Assembly (NCBI GenBank): GCA_053919585.1
Contig: CM132816.1
Source of the DNA: Euprymna scolopes
Lineage: Eukaryota
Length of the DNA: 64,000 nucleotides
Strand: one strand, 5' to 3'
A program made the position numbers and the translations under genes. The notes beneath the pieces are model-generated. The model ran no database searches. It saw only the letters and a program-made list of their open reading frames with translations, and had not been told where the DNA came from. This document shows, piece after piece, positions 39,084 to 51,134 of the stretch. Position 1 is the stretch's first letter, and each line of letters starts with the position of its first letter.

Positions 39084-39996
39084 TATATTCTTTATATAAT
39101 AATCACAGCCAAAAGAAACTAGGAACTCATGATTTCTGAAAAATTTATAACAGTTTAGTAAATAATGGTCAATTTACAACCCTCTCTATCCAACAACCAT
39201 GAGATTGTTTGCACAGCAATGAAAAAGGCTAACCTCTAACCTGGCAGCATGCTTCCAACTCCACTTTAGATCCAACAGCAAGTAATCTCTGACGATCGCC
39301 TGTATGATTCCTAATGAGTAAAGAAAAAAATAAAATATTTTTCTTTTTAAAATTTCATCATCGTTTAATTTCAATTTCTTTTAAAAATATTCATACGCAT
39401 GCGTGATGCTTCCTAAGCTGTGAACATTTCTTTAAAATGTTTTCAATTTTTTTTTTTTAAATCTCACTTGGAAATAATTGCATTGTTGCAGAGTCATTAA
39501 AAATGCCATGTCAAGGGTCATTTAAAACACGATCATGAGTTGTTGAAGGATAGATTATACCCTTAGGTGTAAAAATAATTTTCATGACAATTTTTTTCAA
39601 ATGAATTCAGTGGCTATTACAATATGTCAAAGGGTGTGTGACACCAACATATTTAAGGTAAAGAAATGACATAGCTAACAAGAAATTGATAGGATATGTG
39701 CCAGAGAAATAGAAAGCTACAGACGTTGTCTTAGGTTTGCCTAAGACATCAAAAGAAGTTATGATCTTTTGAAGTTGAACGTCAAAAAACAACATTATTT
39801 TTGCGCCAACCTAATATAATGTACAAGCACTATAATGGTAACTAAGGTGTTACTCTAACCCTAATCCCAAAATTTCAAGTTTGAGTTGTCAATACTGGAT
39901 GCACTTTGAGGCCCAACTCAAGAAGTGTATAAAATTATGCTAGTTAGGAAGAAAAGCTGATGAATACGATTTTGTAAGCGTGTTTTATGTTTTCAG

Positions 39997-40206
39997 GTCC
40001 ACTGGTGTGATATCGGAGGTCAAGTGGAAGTAAAACAAAAGCTGAAACAAGCAATAGAATGGCCGTTAAAACACCCGGAGGTTTTTATCCGAATGGGTGT
40101 CCAACCTCCGAAAGGGATTTTACTTTATGGACCTCCTGGATGTTCAAAGACGATGATTGCTAAGGCGTTGGCAACTGAAAGTGGACTCAACTTCATTGCA
40201 ATTAAG
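39997..40206 (+). CDS. AFG2A: SPATA5 exon 11 (WCDIGGQ...GPPGCSKT...FIAIK, D2 Walker A)
   Basis: tttcag / AAG|gtgagt. Confidence 0.96.
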
Positions 40207-40544
40207 GTGAGTTTTATGGCTTCAATTTTTTTTTTGAAGCATAGTGGAATTACACATTGAGACAGGATGACCATTTGCTAACAAAGTAGCTTTGTGGTAA
40301 ACGATGAAAAAAGAAAAACAGGTTTTGATTTCAAGTTGTTCATCGTTCGTCTAGGATACTATTGACATGCCCCCCCCCCTTGAGTTTTAGGGAATAACTA
40401 AAAATAGGAAACAAGTTTTATGGAGAGAAAGTTGTTCACCAAGGTACACAAAAGAAAGCTGACATGGAATTGTCAAAGTGTGGCGATCAAAACACTGGAC
40501 ATAAACGTAGATATATTTAGTTTACGAGCAGTTTTAGGTGTATT

Positions 40545-40960
40545 TATATTTTAAATGTATTCAATGTGTTGTATTTTAAATGTATTAAATGTATTATATT
40601 TTAAATGTATTCAATGTGTTGTATTTTAAATGTATTCAATGTGTTATATTTTAAATGTATTCAATGTGTTGTATGCATTATATATTTAGTTTTAGGTGTA
40701 TTTATATTTTAAATGTATTCAATGTGTTGTATTTTAAATGTATTCAATGTGTTGTATTTTAAATGTATTCAATGTGTTATATTTTAAATGTATTCAATGT
40801 ATTTATATTTTAAATGTATTCAATGTGTTATATTTTAAATGTATTCAATGTGTTGTATTTTAAATGTATTCAATGTGTTATATTTTAAATGTATTCAATG
40901 TGTTGTATTTTAAATGTATTCAATGTGTTGTATTTTAAATGTATTCAATGTATTGTAAAT
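40545..40960. repeat. 25-bp minisatellite (tattttaaatgtattcaatgtgttg), about 15 copies
   Basis: Tandem copies with one interruption. Confidence 0.93.
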
Positions 40961-43001
40961 GTTTTAGATGCATTATATATTTAGTTTTAGGTGTGGCCAT
41001 GAATTTTGTAAAAGTTTTTACAACCATTATGGACAGTTTATGGACAGTTTTGGGTTTGTGACGGTTGAAGACAGTTGCAAGTTGGGTACAGTCGAACACA
41101 GGCTGTGGCTTGGACCAGATAGAGAGAGGTGACATCAACTAACGAACACAGCCTTGGCAGAACGTAGATGTGGACGTTAGCATGTAGAGGGTTGATGGTG
41201 TCATACGCACACAACTGATATTTCCAGAATGTGTATTTTTTTTTATATACTCGTGAACCTGCCAAGATGAAAGATGACGACACGGCAAGAAGAGAAGATG
41301 ATAGAAACATCATTGGAGTTAGTGATGTTATCAAGTGGGGGAATGTGTGGTTTTACATATCTGCCTTTTTAAAATTTTCAGTCTAAATCTAATATATAAA
41401 GTAGTATTGGTACGATTAATTGAAATCAGGAAGCAGAAAATCAGAACTTTTTGGAAAATCTCATGGAATCAAAAAAATTTGTGCCTAGTATGTGATGCTA
41501 AAAATTATTGAACTTTTTTCTTTGTTTGGGTTATAATCAGGTATGTTTAGAAATTTGGCCTAAAACCGTCAAGTGGTTCTAAAATGGATGATTGATTTAC
41601 AAAAACGTTGCATTAGAAACTGAGCACCCGTACAAATATTTAAATATTGACTTTTTTTTCATTCTTTTGGATAGTCTGGTCGACTAGTGTCTATTTGACA
41701 AAAATCTGCAGAAAAAAATTGGAAAGATAAAAATAAAAAAAATAGAGTGGGGGGCGATTCTTCAGATCTGCCAAAAAAAAAAAAATAAACTCCATAACTA
41801 AATATTTAGAGGTTATAAAAGAATTAGTGTTGGGGGTAAAATATTGGAGTTGGAGTAAAATATTGGAATTGTCCCATCAGTGATGAAAATAAAAGCAGCC
41901 ATTTTCTTAATTCACTTTCTTAGGAAATAATTTATTATAATTTAACTCTTTTAAAAATATTGTACTTACCCATTCTAAAATAGCAACTTGTATTCAACTA
42001 ATTGTTTACTGTAATTCATTTTTAAAGAGTGTTGTTTCAGTATTAAATAGACCCCAAACCAAAACAGAAACCTATCATCAAATATATTTGGTAAATACAC
42101 TGAGTTTGGGGTGATCAATGATGGCCACAAACATTTCTCAAAAATGTGACATCATACGATGCATCACATTGCAAATTCTTTCGTTTAATCCAGTTGAGAT
42201 TCAGCCCATGTTTTTCAATTGTAGGTGTGTCCCTTTTCGTTCTGAGATTCTAATGGATGGCTCTGTTCTTGAAAAATTGACTCGGAAACTTCTTGGTCTT
42301 TTGTTCTCATCAAATCTTTTCTACATTTGATCCTTTGCTCTTTCTGATTCTTGTAAAGTCGGTTCTTTTTATCGCTCTAAACAATTACTAACACATGAGG
42401 CTGTTTTCTATCTCTACAAATCTATTGTATGGTGTATTCTGTCACCAGCCTGCCAAAAAAAACAAAAAAAAACACATGATGAATGAATCAATATAAAAGA
42501 TTGATACATAATCAAGGCCATACATCATTTTTTTTCACAATTTTACAAAATTTTAATCAATCTAAAACTTCTTGGTCTTTCCTTCTCATCAAATCATTCT
42601 TGGAGTCTATACGTTAGATTCATTGCTTTTTCTGCTTCTTGTAAAAAGTGGTTTTCTTTGTTGCTCTAAACATTTACTCACACCTGAGCATATTCTCTAT
42701 CTCTACAAATTTACTATCAGACCATGTATGGCGTATTGTTTTGTTTTTTGCATTTTTGATTTTTCAGGGAGAGCGTAGTTATGGATTGTGTCATCGTTTA
42801 AAATTTTATTTAACAGAGATTTGAAACAATAAACGCTAAAACGGCAAAATAAAAATAAAAAAGAATCGTAAAACATTGACATATTTTTAAACAAACACTA
42901 AAATATTTTTTTTTTACTTTATTAAAATGATAAAATTATCAAAGAATTTTTTTTTATAATGGTAAAACTTTTTATTTTATGAAAAAACATTCCAAACTTA
43001 C

Positions 43002-43100
43002 TGCTCCTGCTACATCGACATCAGCATGTTTGGAAAGTAAGATTTTGATGACATCCGAATGGCCACCCTTGACGGCATGTATCAAAATTGTGTCACCAGC
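43002..43100 (-). pseudogene. Orphan 99-nt ankyrin-repeat exon, KIDINS220/ARMS-like
   Basis: tttttttggcag|AGDTILIHAVKGGHSDVIKILLSKHADVDVAGA|gtaagt; no neighbouring exons seen. Confidence 0.72.
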
Positions 43101-43258
43101 CTGCCAAAAAAAACAAAAAAAAACATGATGAATGAATCAATATAAAAGATTGATACATAATCAAGGCCATACATCATTTTTTTTCACAATTTTACAAAAT
43201 TTTAATCAATTTAAAACTTCTTGGTCTTTCTTTCTCATCAAATCTTTCTTGGAGTCCA

Positions 43259-43533
43259 TGACCTTGCACCCTCTGACTTTCACCTCTTCCCAGCCATGAA
43301 GTTGTTTTTGAAAGGAAAGCGTTTCCCAGATGATGCAGCCTTGATTTCTGAAGTCACGTCATGGTTGGAGGACCAACCTGGGGTGTTCTACAAAAACGGT
43401 CTCCAGAGCTGCATCAAATGATGCGAGAAATGCATAACTCTGGGTGGTTCCTAAGACTAATAACTGTGCCAAGTTTCGTTGCTCTACTGCTATGGGAAGT
43501 GGGTCAGGGGCATTACTTATTGCACACCCCTCG
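43259..43533 (+). mobile_element. Mariner transposase 3' end plus right TIR
   Basis: DLAPSDFHLFPAMK..GKRF motif; ends ttattgcacacccctcg|TA; empty site near 42608. Confidence 0.88.
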
Positions 43534-44256
43534 TACGTTAGATTCATTGCTTTTTCTGCTTCTTGTAAAATCGGTTTTCTTTGTTGCTCCAAACACTTTC
43601 TCACACCTGAGTCTATTGTCTATCTCTACAAATCTACTATCAGACCATGTATGGCATATTGCTGTAATGTAATGTATGGAGTACTGATGTGATGTTTAGA
43701 CTGGTGAATTTCCATCTTATTTGAGGGTTTGTGATGAGGTGCAGAAACGTATCTGTAATTTGATTGGTCCAATCTTTTTTCATCTTTGCAACCTCGCTCA
43801 CTGCTAGTCTCAGTCTTTTCTATAAATACTATTATGTCATGTGTTCTTCAGAATTGTCTAATCTATTATCTGCTTCTTTGTTCCAGCTCATTTGACTTGT
43901 GTTCTACATCAATTCACTACATCAATACCTCGTTATACCTCGTAATATAACTTCCAATTCCAGTAGCTTCTTTCCAAGAACTGCAGACTTGTAGAATTCT
44001 CTTCCTGCTGTTTATTTTTCTCTTACCTATTGACCTTAGTCTTTTCAAGACTAAAGTCAATAGGCATCTCCTTTCATTGCAAAAAATCATCTTTCATTCT
44101 CGTTGGCTCCTTACAGCTATGTGACTTCATGTCTTGTCTGGAGCAATTTCTATTAAAAAATGATCTGACAAAAAAAAAAAAAATTAGTAGATTGTATTTG
44201 ATTTGAGTGCTCAGCATTTATTCAAATAAAAACTTTCTAAATTACATTTCTTTTAA

Positions 44257-44424
<168 letters not shown>

Positions 44425-45692
44425 TGAGATACAAATAGATTGTAATGACTCTTACATATCAGGGACCCTAATAGCAATTAAGTTAACTAATGCAGATTTT
44501 GACAAGAGTCACATTTAGTGCATGTCATGATAATTCAAATCTGCAAAACAGAATCATTCCCAGGGCTAAATCAAAGATGGGTGACATGTAAGATCAAAGC
44601 ACAAACAGCATCGACAAACGAAAGGTATGAGTTGACACGACGAATGATGTCACATTTTTTGAGTTGAAAGAAAGCAAAGATTTTCAAATCAGTCTTTCTG
44701 TGGATGCAGATAAAAGACACATTGCCTGTAATGCTGTAAGAAACTTTCATAATTGTTAAGCACGAAATGTTACTTCAATATTGATGTTTGCATGTCACTC
44801 ATTTCAGTTTATAAGTTAACTAATGAACAAAATAATTAGTTAAGAGAACATTCGTTTTTTTTTTCTCTCTCTCTCTCCTGAGTCAATTCTCTTGAAAATA
44901 AAATCTTGAAGAAAACTCAGCAAACGTCTCCTTGTGTCTTTCCTGCATGAAAAGTAACCACTAGATAAAATGACAACAATGAAAAGAAACAGAAGCCACA
45001 TAAAAAGAAGACTGAGAATAAAAGCGGAATGAGAATAAAAGAGACCCGTGTATAAAATATTTTTTCAAGTTATCTTCAGTTGAAGCAATATTTAGATATG
45101 GCTATGTTGTGTAGTTGTTTCGCAGTAGTGAGATACAAATATGTAGAAATAAAATGGATGAAAATGATTCTCTGCAGATCAACAATAATGAATGATTTAT
45201 CAAACAATTTACAACTGAGAGAATTACTATTAAAATGCAGACGTTTGCTAAGTATTTTTGTTTTAATCTTTTTCAGATCCAAGGATAGATAACCCATGCT
45301 TCCAAATGATTTTGGCAAGAGAAATAACTTTAGTGTACGAGAGTTATTTTCCTTTAAATATAAAACTGTTGAAAGTATTATTAGTATTATTTATTGGCAT
45401 GTAAAAAATAAACTTCAAATCTGAAATATCCACATACAGTAGAAAATGGAATTTTCAATGAAGAGTTTCATTTTCTATAATCACATTGATACACTGATTT
45501 TCATTAGATCACTCTGGTGCAACCAGATCAGGCTCTCTGAAGACACTGGCTTCTTGACCTAAAATTCACCAAACATTAGTGACATTGTGTTTTTGCAAAG
45601 CCAAAATCAAAAACAACAAGCCAAATTTACCAGATGGGCCATTAAATAACCCCAAAAAGGTTGATATACCTTAAACCAACCAAACCAAAAAC

Positions 45693-46138
45693 CATGGTAG
45701 GTCCTGAACTGTCAGCTAAACTTCAGCCTCTGTGCTATCGACGAAATGTTGCATCCCTCTGCCTGTTCTACAAGTACTTTAACGGTGAACGCTCTGACGA
45801 ACTGCAAGCACTTGTGCCCCCTCGACGTAAATACCCCCGACAAATCTAACAAGCAGCTAAATCCCACCCCTTCACAATAGAGATCTCTAGATGCAAGAGA
45901 GCCTTTTACTCTAGTAGTTTCTTCCCCAGAACAGCTAGACTTTGGAATTCCCTTCCGGGTCCCTGCTTCCCCGACTGTACTGACATGCAGAAGTTCAAGT
46001 GCAACATGGACCGACATCTTGCTGCCCAACTTCCTACATAGTACCCCTGATGCTTATGCCTCTGATAGTAGCCCCCTACAACAAAGTGGCAATGTTCCTT
46101 GTTTGGGGTGAAAATGTAAAAAAAAAAAAAAAAAAAAT
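45693..46138 (+). mobile_element. LINE family B 3' end
   Basis: GPELSAKLQPLCYRRNVASLCLFYKYFNG; 3' tgtttggggtgaaa plus poly-A. Confidence 0.85.
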
Positions 46139-46519
46139 GAATATTTAAAGATATAAACAACTTGAAGCATAGAAACTTTTTTCAAAATGTCCGCATTCGG
46201 CATTAATAACCCAAAAAAGGTTCACATGCCGTAAAACAAAACAACCAACCCAAACACTTTGAATAAATATCTGAAGACATAAAAAAAAACTTCTACAAGG
46301 GTTGATAGACCGTGAAACCAAACCAAACCAAACTATCCAAACCAAACATGGACAGATTTCCAAATGTTTCTTGACAAGGGAAATAACTGTAGTGTACAAG
46401 AGTTATTTCCCTTTAAATATCAAAAACATTGACAGTATTATTAGGTGGTATAGTCTGAAATTTCTTCGTAATGTTAAAATTAAATTGAGGTTGAAATTTT
46501 TCATTAGGAGGTAAATCTT

Positions 46520-46635
46520 ATATACAGCATAATCACACTAGCATACTGGTTTTGATTAGATCACTTAAGTTAGGCACCATCCAAAATGGTTAGTACAAGA
46601 TGGGTGACCATTTCGGAATACCAGGTGCTGTATGT
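46520..46635 (+). pseudogene. 5S rRNA-derived pseudogene/SINE3-like copy
   Basis: gatcacttaagttaggca..ggttagtac..gatgggtgacc..ggaataccaggtgctgta follows the 5S consensus with many substitutions. Confidence 0.8.
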
Positions 46636-47214
46636 GGGAGGACAAAAACACCTCTTTGCTAAAACTAAAATAAACAATGAACTGACAATCACAATTTATG
46701 GTTATCCTCTATAACATTGTTAATGTACTGAATGGAGGTGTTGACATATTATAACTATTAATGCTTTGCAGAATATTATGCTGAAGACAAATATTTGCAT
46801 GTATGTGTGTAGCACATGAATGACAAAAAGTAGTGGACGAAATGAGGAAATGACTTGATGTTGAGATTTTATTTACAAGGAAATAACACAAATTGCATTT
46901 ATCAGTCTTAGTCTGATATTACTTGAGTTCGTGTGTCATATCTACCATGGACTAGAGTAACATATCTCTATTGTCATATCTACCATGGACTAGAGTAACA
47001 TATCTCTATTGTCATTTACCAGGATTCAGAGTCATCCTTCTATTGCCACCTGCCAGCATCTGTCTTGTTTGATTCTCGCATCTCCACACAAGAATTCATA
47101 TAGCAAAAGTAAAAGGGAGAATGTAACTCTGCCTGAAACGGAAAAAAGAGGTAGTTCCCCATTCTCTTAGTTAAATATTTTTCAATTACAACAAGCCTAT
47201 TATTTGTATCCATT

Positions 47215-47742
47215 GAAAACATGCAACAAATGTAAACATGCAACAGATGTATATAAACATGGAACAGATGTAAAAACATGCAATGAATGTAAACATGCAA
47301 CAGATGTATATAAACATGCAACAGATGTAAAAATGCAACAAATGTAAAAATGCAACAAATGTAAAAATGCAACAGATGTAAAAACATGCAACAGATGTAA
47401 AACTCTATATCTGTGCCTAAATCAAAACGCGGATTCCATGAACAAAGCTTCTTTCTTAGAACTGCACGCCTGTGGAACTCTGTTCCATCTGCCTGCTTCC
47501 CACCGGACTACAACTTGGATGTGTTCAAGTCCAACGTTAACAAATTCCTAATGAACCGCCCCCTTAAGTAAACACTTCATCAAATCTCCACACTAACGTA
47601 ATGTACTTGCAATAACCCTTATCCCTGAGTGGCTTCCGGGCCTTGATAAGTGGTGATCACTGTGTAAAAAAAAACAAACAAAAAAACATGCAACAAATGT
47701 AAACATGCAACAGATGTAAAAACATGCAACAGATGTAAACAT
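47215..47742. repeat. ~17-21-bp minisatellite (aaacatgcaacagatgt) interrupted by a LINE 3' end
   Basis: Units at 47215-47403 and 47683-47742. Confidence 0.88.
47405..47675 (+). mobile_element. LINE family A 3' end
   Basis: RGFHEQSFFLRTARLWN..; shared 3' UTR; poly-A. Confidence 0.82.
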
Positions 47743-48185
47743 ATAACTGTCTAGTGCATGTTTACACAACTATCCAGATAATCTGCAAGGATTGATGAAT
47801 CTGTTTCCCACATTGATTTTGACGATAATTACATAATTAGAATTTTAACAGTTGAAACTCAAAGAAATTTTTATTGTATCCTAAAAATATATGATCTTAA
47901 TTGAACGATAGGAAGTTCAAAAATATTTTCATACATTGGGTATGAAGGATGAAGAATAAAATTAAATCTCTAAGAACTTTCTGTGACCAACAATGTCTGC
48001 CTTGTCTTCAAGTTGCAAATTCACCAAACAGTGGTACATGACTAATAGCCTTACTATCAAATAAGTAAAATATTAAACAATTAATTAATATGTATACCAT
48101 TCGGTATGGACCCAACCATGGAAGATCAGATAATAAATAAACGTGGATTTATAAGACCAAAAAATTCAACCTTGATTGCCCGTCA

Positions 48186-48490
48186 GGGCCCGTGGCGCAG
48201 TGGATAGAGACGTTGAATCTCTACGGTTCCATGTGTGAATTGTCTGAAGATAGCAGTTTCAATCCTACCCAAAGCCGGTCAGAGGCTTACTTGGCCAAAA
48301 CGTGGTGAGACGACAATAACTACGGAAGGCAGTAATTGCTGAGAATGCAATTAGGAGATTGGAGTTCCTATCCTGTCGCGGTTACCACCTGACGAAGGCC
48401 AAAGGAATAGTTGGCCAAAACATTGTGAAACAACAAGTAAAAAAGATGAGGAAAATAGTCCGCAATAAATAAATTAATAAATACTTATCT
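48186..48490 (+). mobile_element. tRNA-Arg-derived retroposon with decayed hammerhead motifs
   Basis: A box TGGCGCAGTGG at 48193; B-box-like agtttcaatcc at 48255; CTGACGA-stem-AAAA at 48389-48420. Confidence 0.62.
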
Positions 48491-48590
48491 CAATAATGAA
48501 TTCCAATTAAATAATATATTCAAGGTTGTTGTTCAGTAGAAGAAAGCGAGTATCATTGTAAGAACCCTCAAAATTACAACTTTGTTACTT

Positions 48591-49305
48591 GTTTCATAGT
48601 CAGCTAACGTACTTCCTAACTTTTGGCGTAGTGCTACCAGAAGTGGTAACGAGGCAAATTAGTTCTTTTGCTTTTTTTCTACGCCTATATCTCCCCTGTG
48701 CATGTACTCTTTTTTTATTACGTTTTTCCGATCATTCCTTTTTTTTTTTTTTTTTTTTTTTTTTAATAATCATTGAAAACATTTTTCAATCTTATTTTAA
48801 TTAAGAATTATTGAAATTATTTTTTTTTTTTTTAGAGAATTATTGAAAACACTTTTAAAATCTTTTAAAACTATTTTGGGAATATTATATATTGGATACG
48901 TTTCTTTTTATGATGTTTGAAATCTTGCTATTTTGATTTCAATAATTTTATTTTTTTACTTACATAAACATATATTTATTATATAAATTAAAATAAAAAC
49001 TTTCATTTTTAAAATAAATAAAAGAATAACATTTTATAATTTCATAAACATGTTTCTTATAAAATTTCAAATAAAATGAAAACTTATTTTTTAATTAGGT
49101 TATTAAAAACGCAAATAAAGATTAATTTTGTTAATTTTGATTGTATACTTTTCAATAATGTCGTTTTCTTGTATTTTATTTCAATAAATTGCTTCACAAT
49201 AGAAATACTGAAGAACAATAAAAGTGAAAAAAACTAATTTGTCTTGTCACTGCTTCCGGTAGCAGACACACCAGAAGTTAGGAAGCACGTTAGTTGATTA
49301 TAACC
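48591..49305. mobile_element. MITE (GGTTATAATCAGCTAAC TIR), copy 1
   Basis: TIRs of about 70 bp; full-length homolog at 51739-52516 in opposite orientation. Confidence 0.82.
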
Positions 49306-49631
49306 CTTGTTTTAAACTTGAGTTGTAATTTGGATGGAGAACCATTCTGTTGCAGCAATGACAGAGACCACACAATTTAAACTGCGACTAATGTCAAAAT
49401 TGAGCAATGATTTTAGACTAGCATAATGGATAGACTATCATGGCCTGTGCAATCAATTGGAATAATCTAAATTTAAAACTTTACTCAATTTTTATTCTGT
49501 ACACTCTTTTAAAATTTTTACCATTTTTTTTACCTAAAATATGAGTTAGAGGTCAAAAGGATCACAATTTGATCTTTTTTTTTCTTCCTTGAAATAAAAT
49601 TTATACCATTTTTCTTTTCTTTTATCTAAAC

Positions 49632-49782
49632 CAGTCATTCCCAATGTGGGGCGCGGCAATATTTTGGTGGGGCATGGGCAGGACGTGCACCCTTGGGCTT
49701 ACTATACCAAAGACTATAGGGCTATTTGAGAATGAGTTATTTTTTTCATTATTATTATTATTATTATTATTATTACTACTAC

Positions 49783-49814
<32 letters not shown>

Positions 49815-49976
49815 TAACAGTGAATTGTTTCATAGTGAATCTTAATGGCCTTTTAAGCTTACTTCATTGAATAACAGGGATTTTTAATAACAAAAATTAA
49901 ATATCACAAAGGGGAGGCATCAGGATTTTAGAAATGCCTAGGTGGGGCATGGCCCAAAATAGGTTGGGAACCACGG
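49632..49976. mobile_element. hAT (Charlie-like) MITE
   Basis: CAGTCATTCCCAA...TTGGGAACCACGG with a perfect 8-bp TSD atctaaac. Confidence 0.88.
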
Positions 49977-50115
49977 ATCTAAACTATCTATGAATAAAAA
50001 GCAAGTAAATTTGTTAATGTGTACAATTTGTAAACTAAATTTGTTAATGTGTGCAAACTTGTAAATCCAATCTTCAAATGATGTTTATTTAATTTCATTA
50101 TTTTTTTCTATCCAG

Positions 50116-50242
50116 TTCTTCGGGAAGCAGCAATGTCGAAGATAGAGTATTGGCTCAACTTTTGACAGAGTTGGATGGTGTCGAGTCACTACGGGACGTC
50201 ACTGTCGTAGCTGCCACTAACAGACCAGATATGATTGACAAA
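50116..50242 (+). CDS. AFG2A: SPATA5 exon 13 ([13 protein letters not shown]...[11 protein letters not shown])
   Basis: atccag / AAA|gtaagc. Confidence 0.96.
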
Positions 50243-50896
50243 GTAAGCTTTAGTGGAACACATTACAGATTTTAAATCGATAATTTTGTTCAATTTTTTT
50301 AAATCTCATTTTAGTTAGCTGCAATAACAATTGTGTGAAAGACTTGACCAATTTTTTTGTTTTTCTTAAAATTTAGCAATTTTATAATTATGATCTTTTT
50401 TTTTTTTTTTTTTTTTTGCACTCAATTGTTCTTGCTCGCAGATTGATTGATATGTTGTCTGGTCAAAACACTTGTCCAGAATTCCTCATATATTAAAAAA
50501 CTAAAAAAAAGAAAAATCTTTATTATGCTTGTACCCATAACAAAACAAAAATATTGTATTCGAAAAATGATGTACATTGGTAAAATAGTTTTATTAAAAA
50601 AAACAATTATGAGTAACTGAAGAATGGCTGCCTTGTCTGCCATTTTGAAAACAATCTAAAAAAGGGTAGATAACTCAACAATGATTCAAACTTGTGAAAT
50701 GTATGTTGTAATGCCTATGAATTCCAATTAATTATTTGTAAAAATTAATGTGAAATTAATTTTAAATAGGTGTTAGTCACAGCTTTTTAAAGCATAAAGT
50801 TCAATTTACCAAATTTTACAAAACCGATTTTTAACATTAATTCACTTGTTTTATTTTGTGAAGAGTTTTCACACCATTTTTTTTTTTTTTTTTCAG

Positions 50897-51061
50897 GCAC
50901 TTCTACGACCTGGTCGTATTGATCGTATCATGCATGTTCCACTGCCAGACCGAATGACCCGTGAAGAAATTTTCCATATAAAATTGAAGAAGATGCCAAT
51001 TGCTGATGATATTGACATCCAAAATCTGGCTGAGACGACAGAAAGATATTCTGGGGCTGAG
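50897..51061 (+). CDS. AFG2A: SPATA5 exon 14 (ALLRPGRIDRIMHVPLPD...YSGAE)
   Basis: tttcag / GAG|gtgagg. Confidence 0.96.
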
Positions 51062-51134
51062 GTGAGGATTCTCTTGAACTTTTCACCAATTGTTGAAAAC
51101 CTAAACTTTTCACCAATTGTTGAAAACATATAAG

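Larger units (their letters stand above)
42120..44160 (+). mobile_element. Old CR1-group LINE, rearranged and partly triplicated, with insertions
   Basis: KLLGL..YLYKSTIRPCMAYCC segments at 42285, 42565 and 43215; A-rich tail at 44155. Confidence 0.75.

Noticed and set aside
40360-41360. LTR or polypurine-tract-like ends around the 25-bp array
   Set aside because: No TSD or paired LTR could be established.
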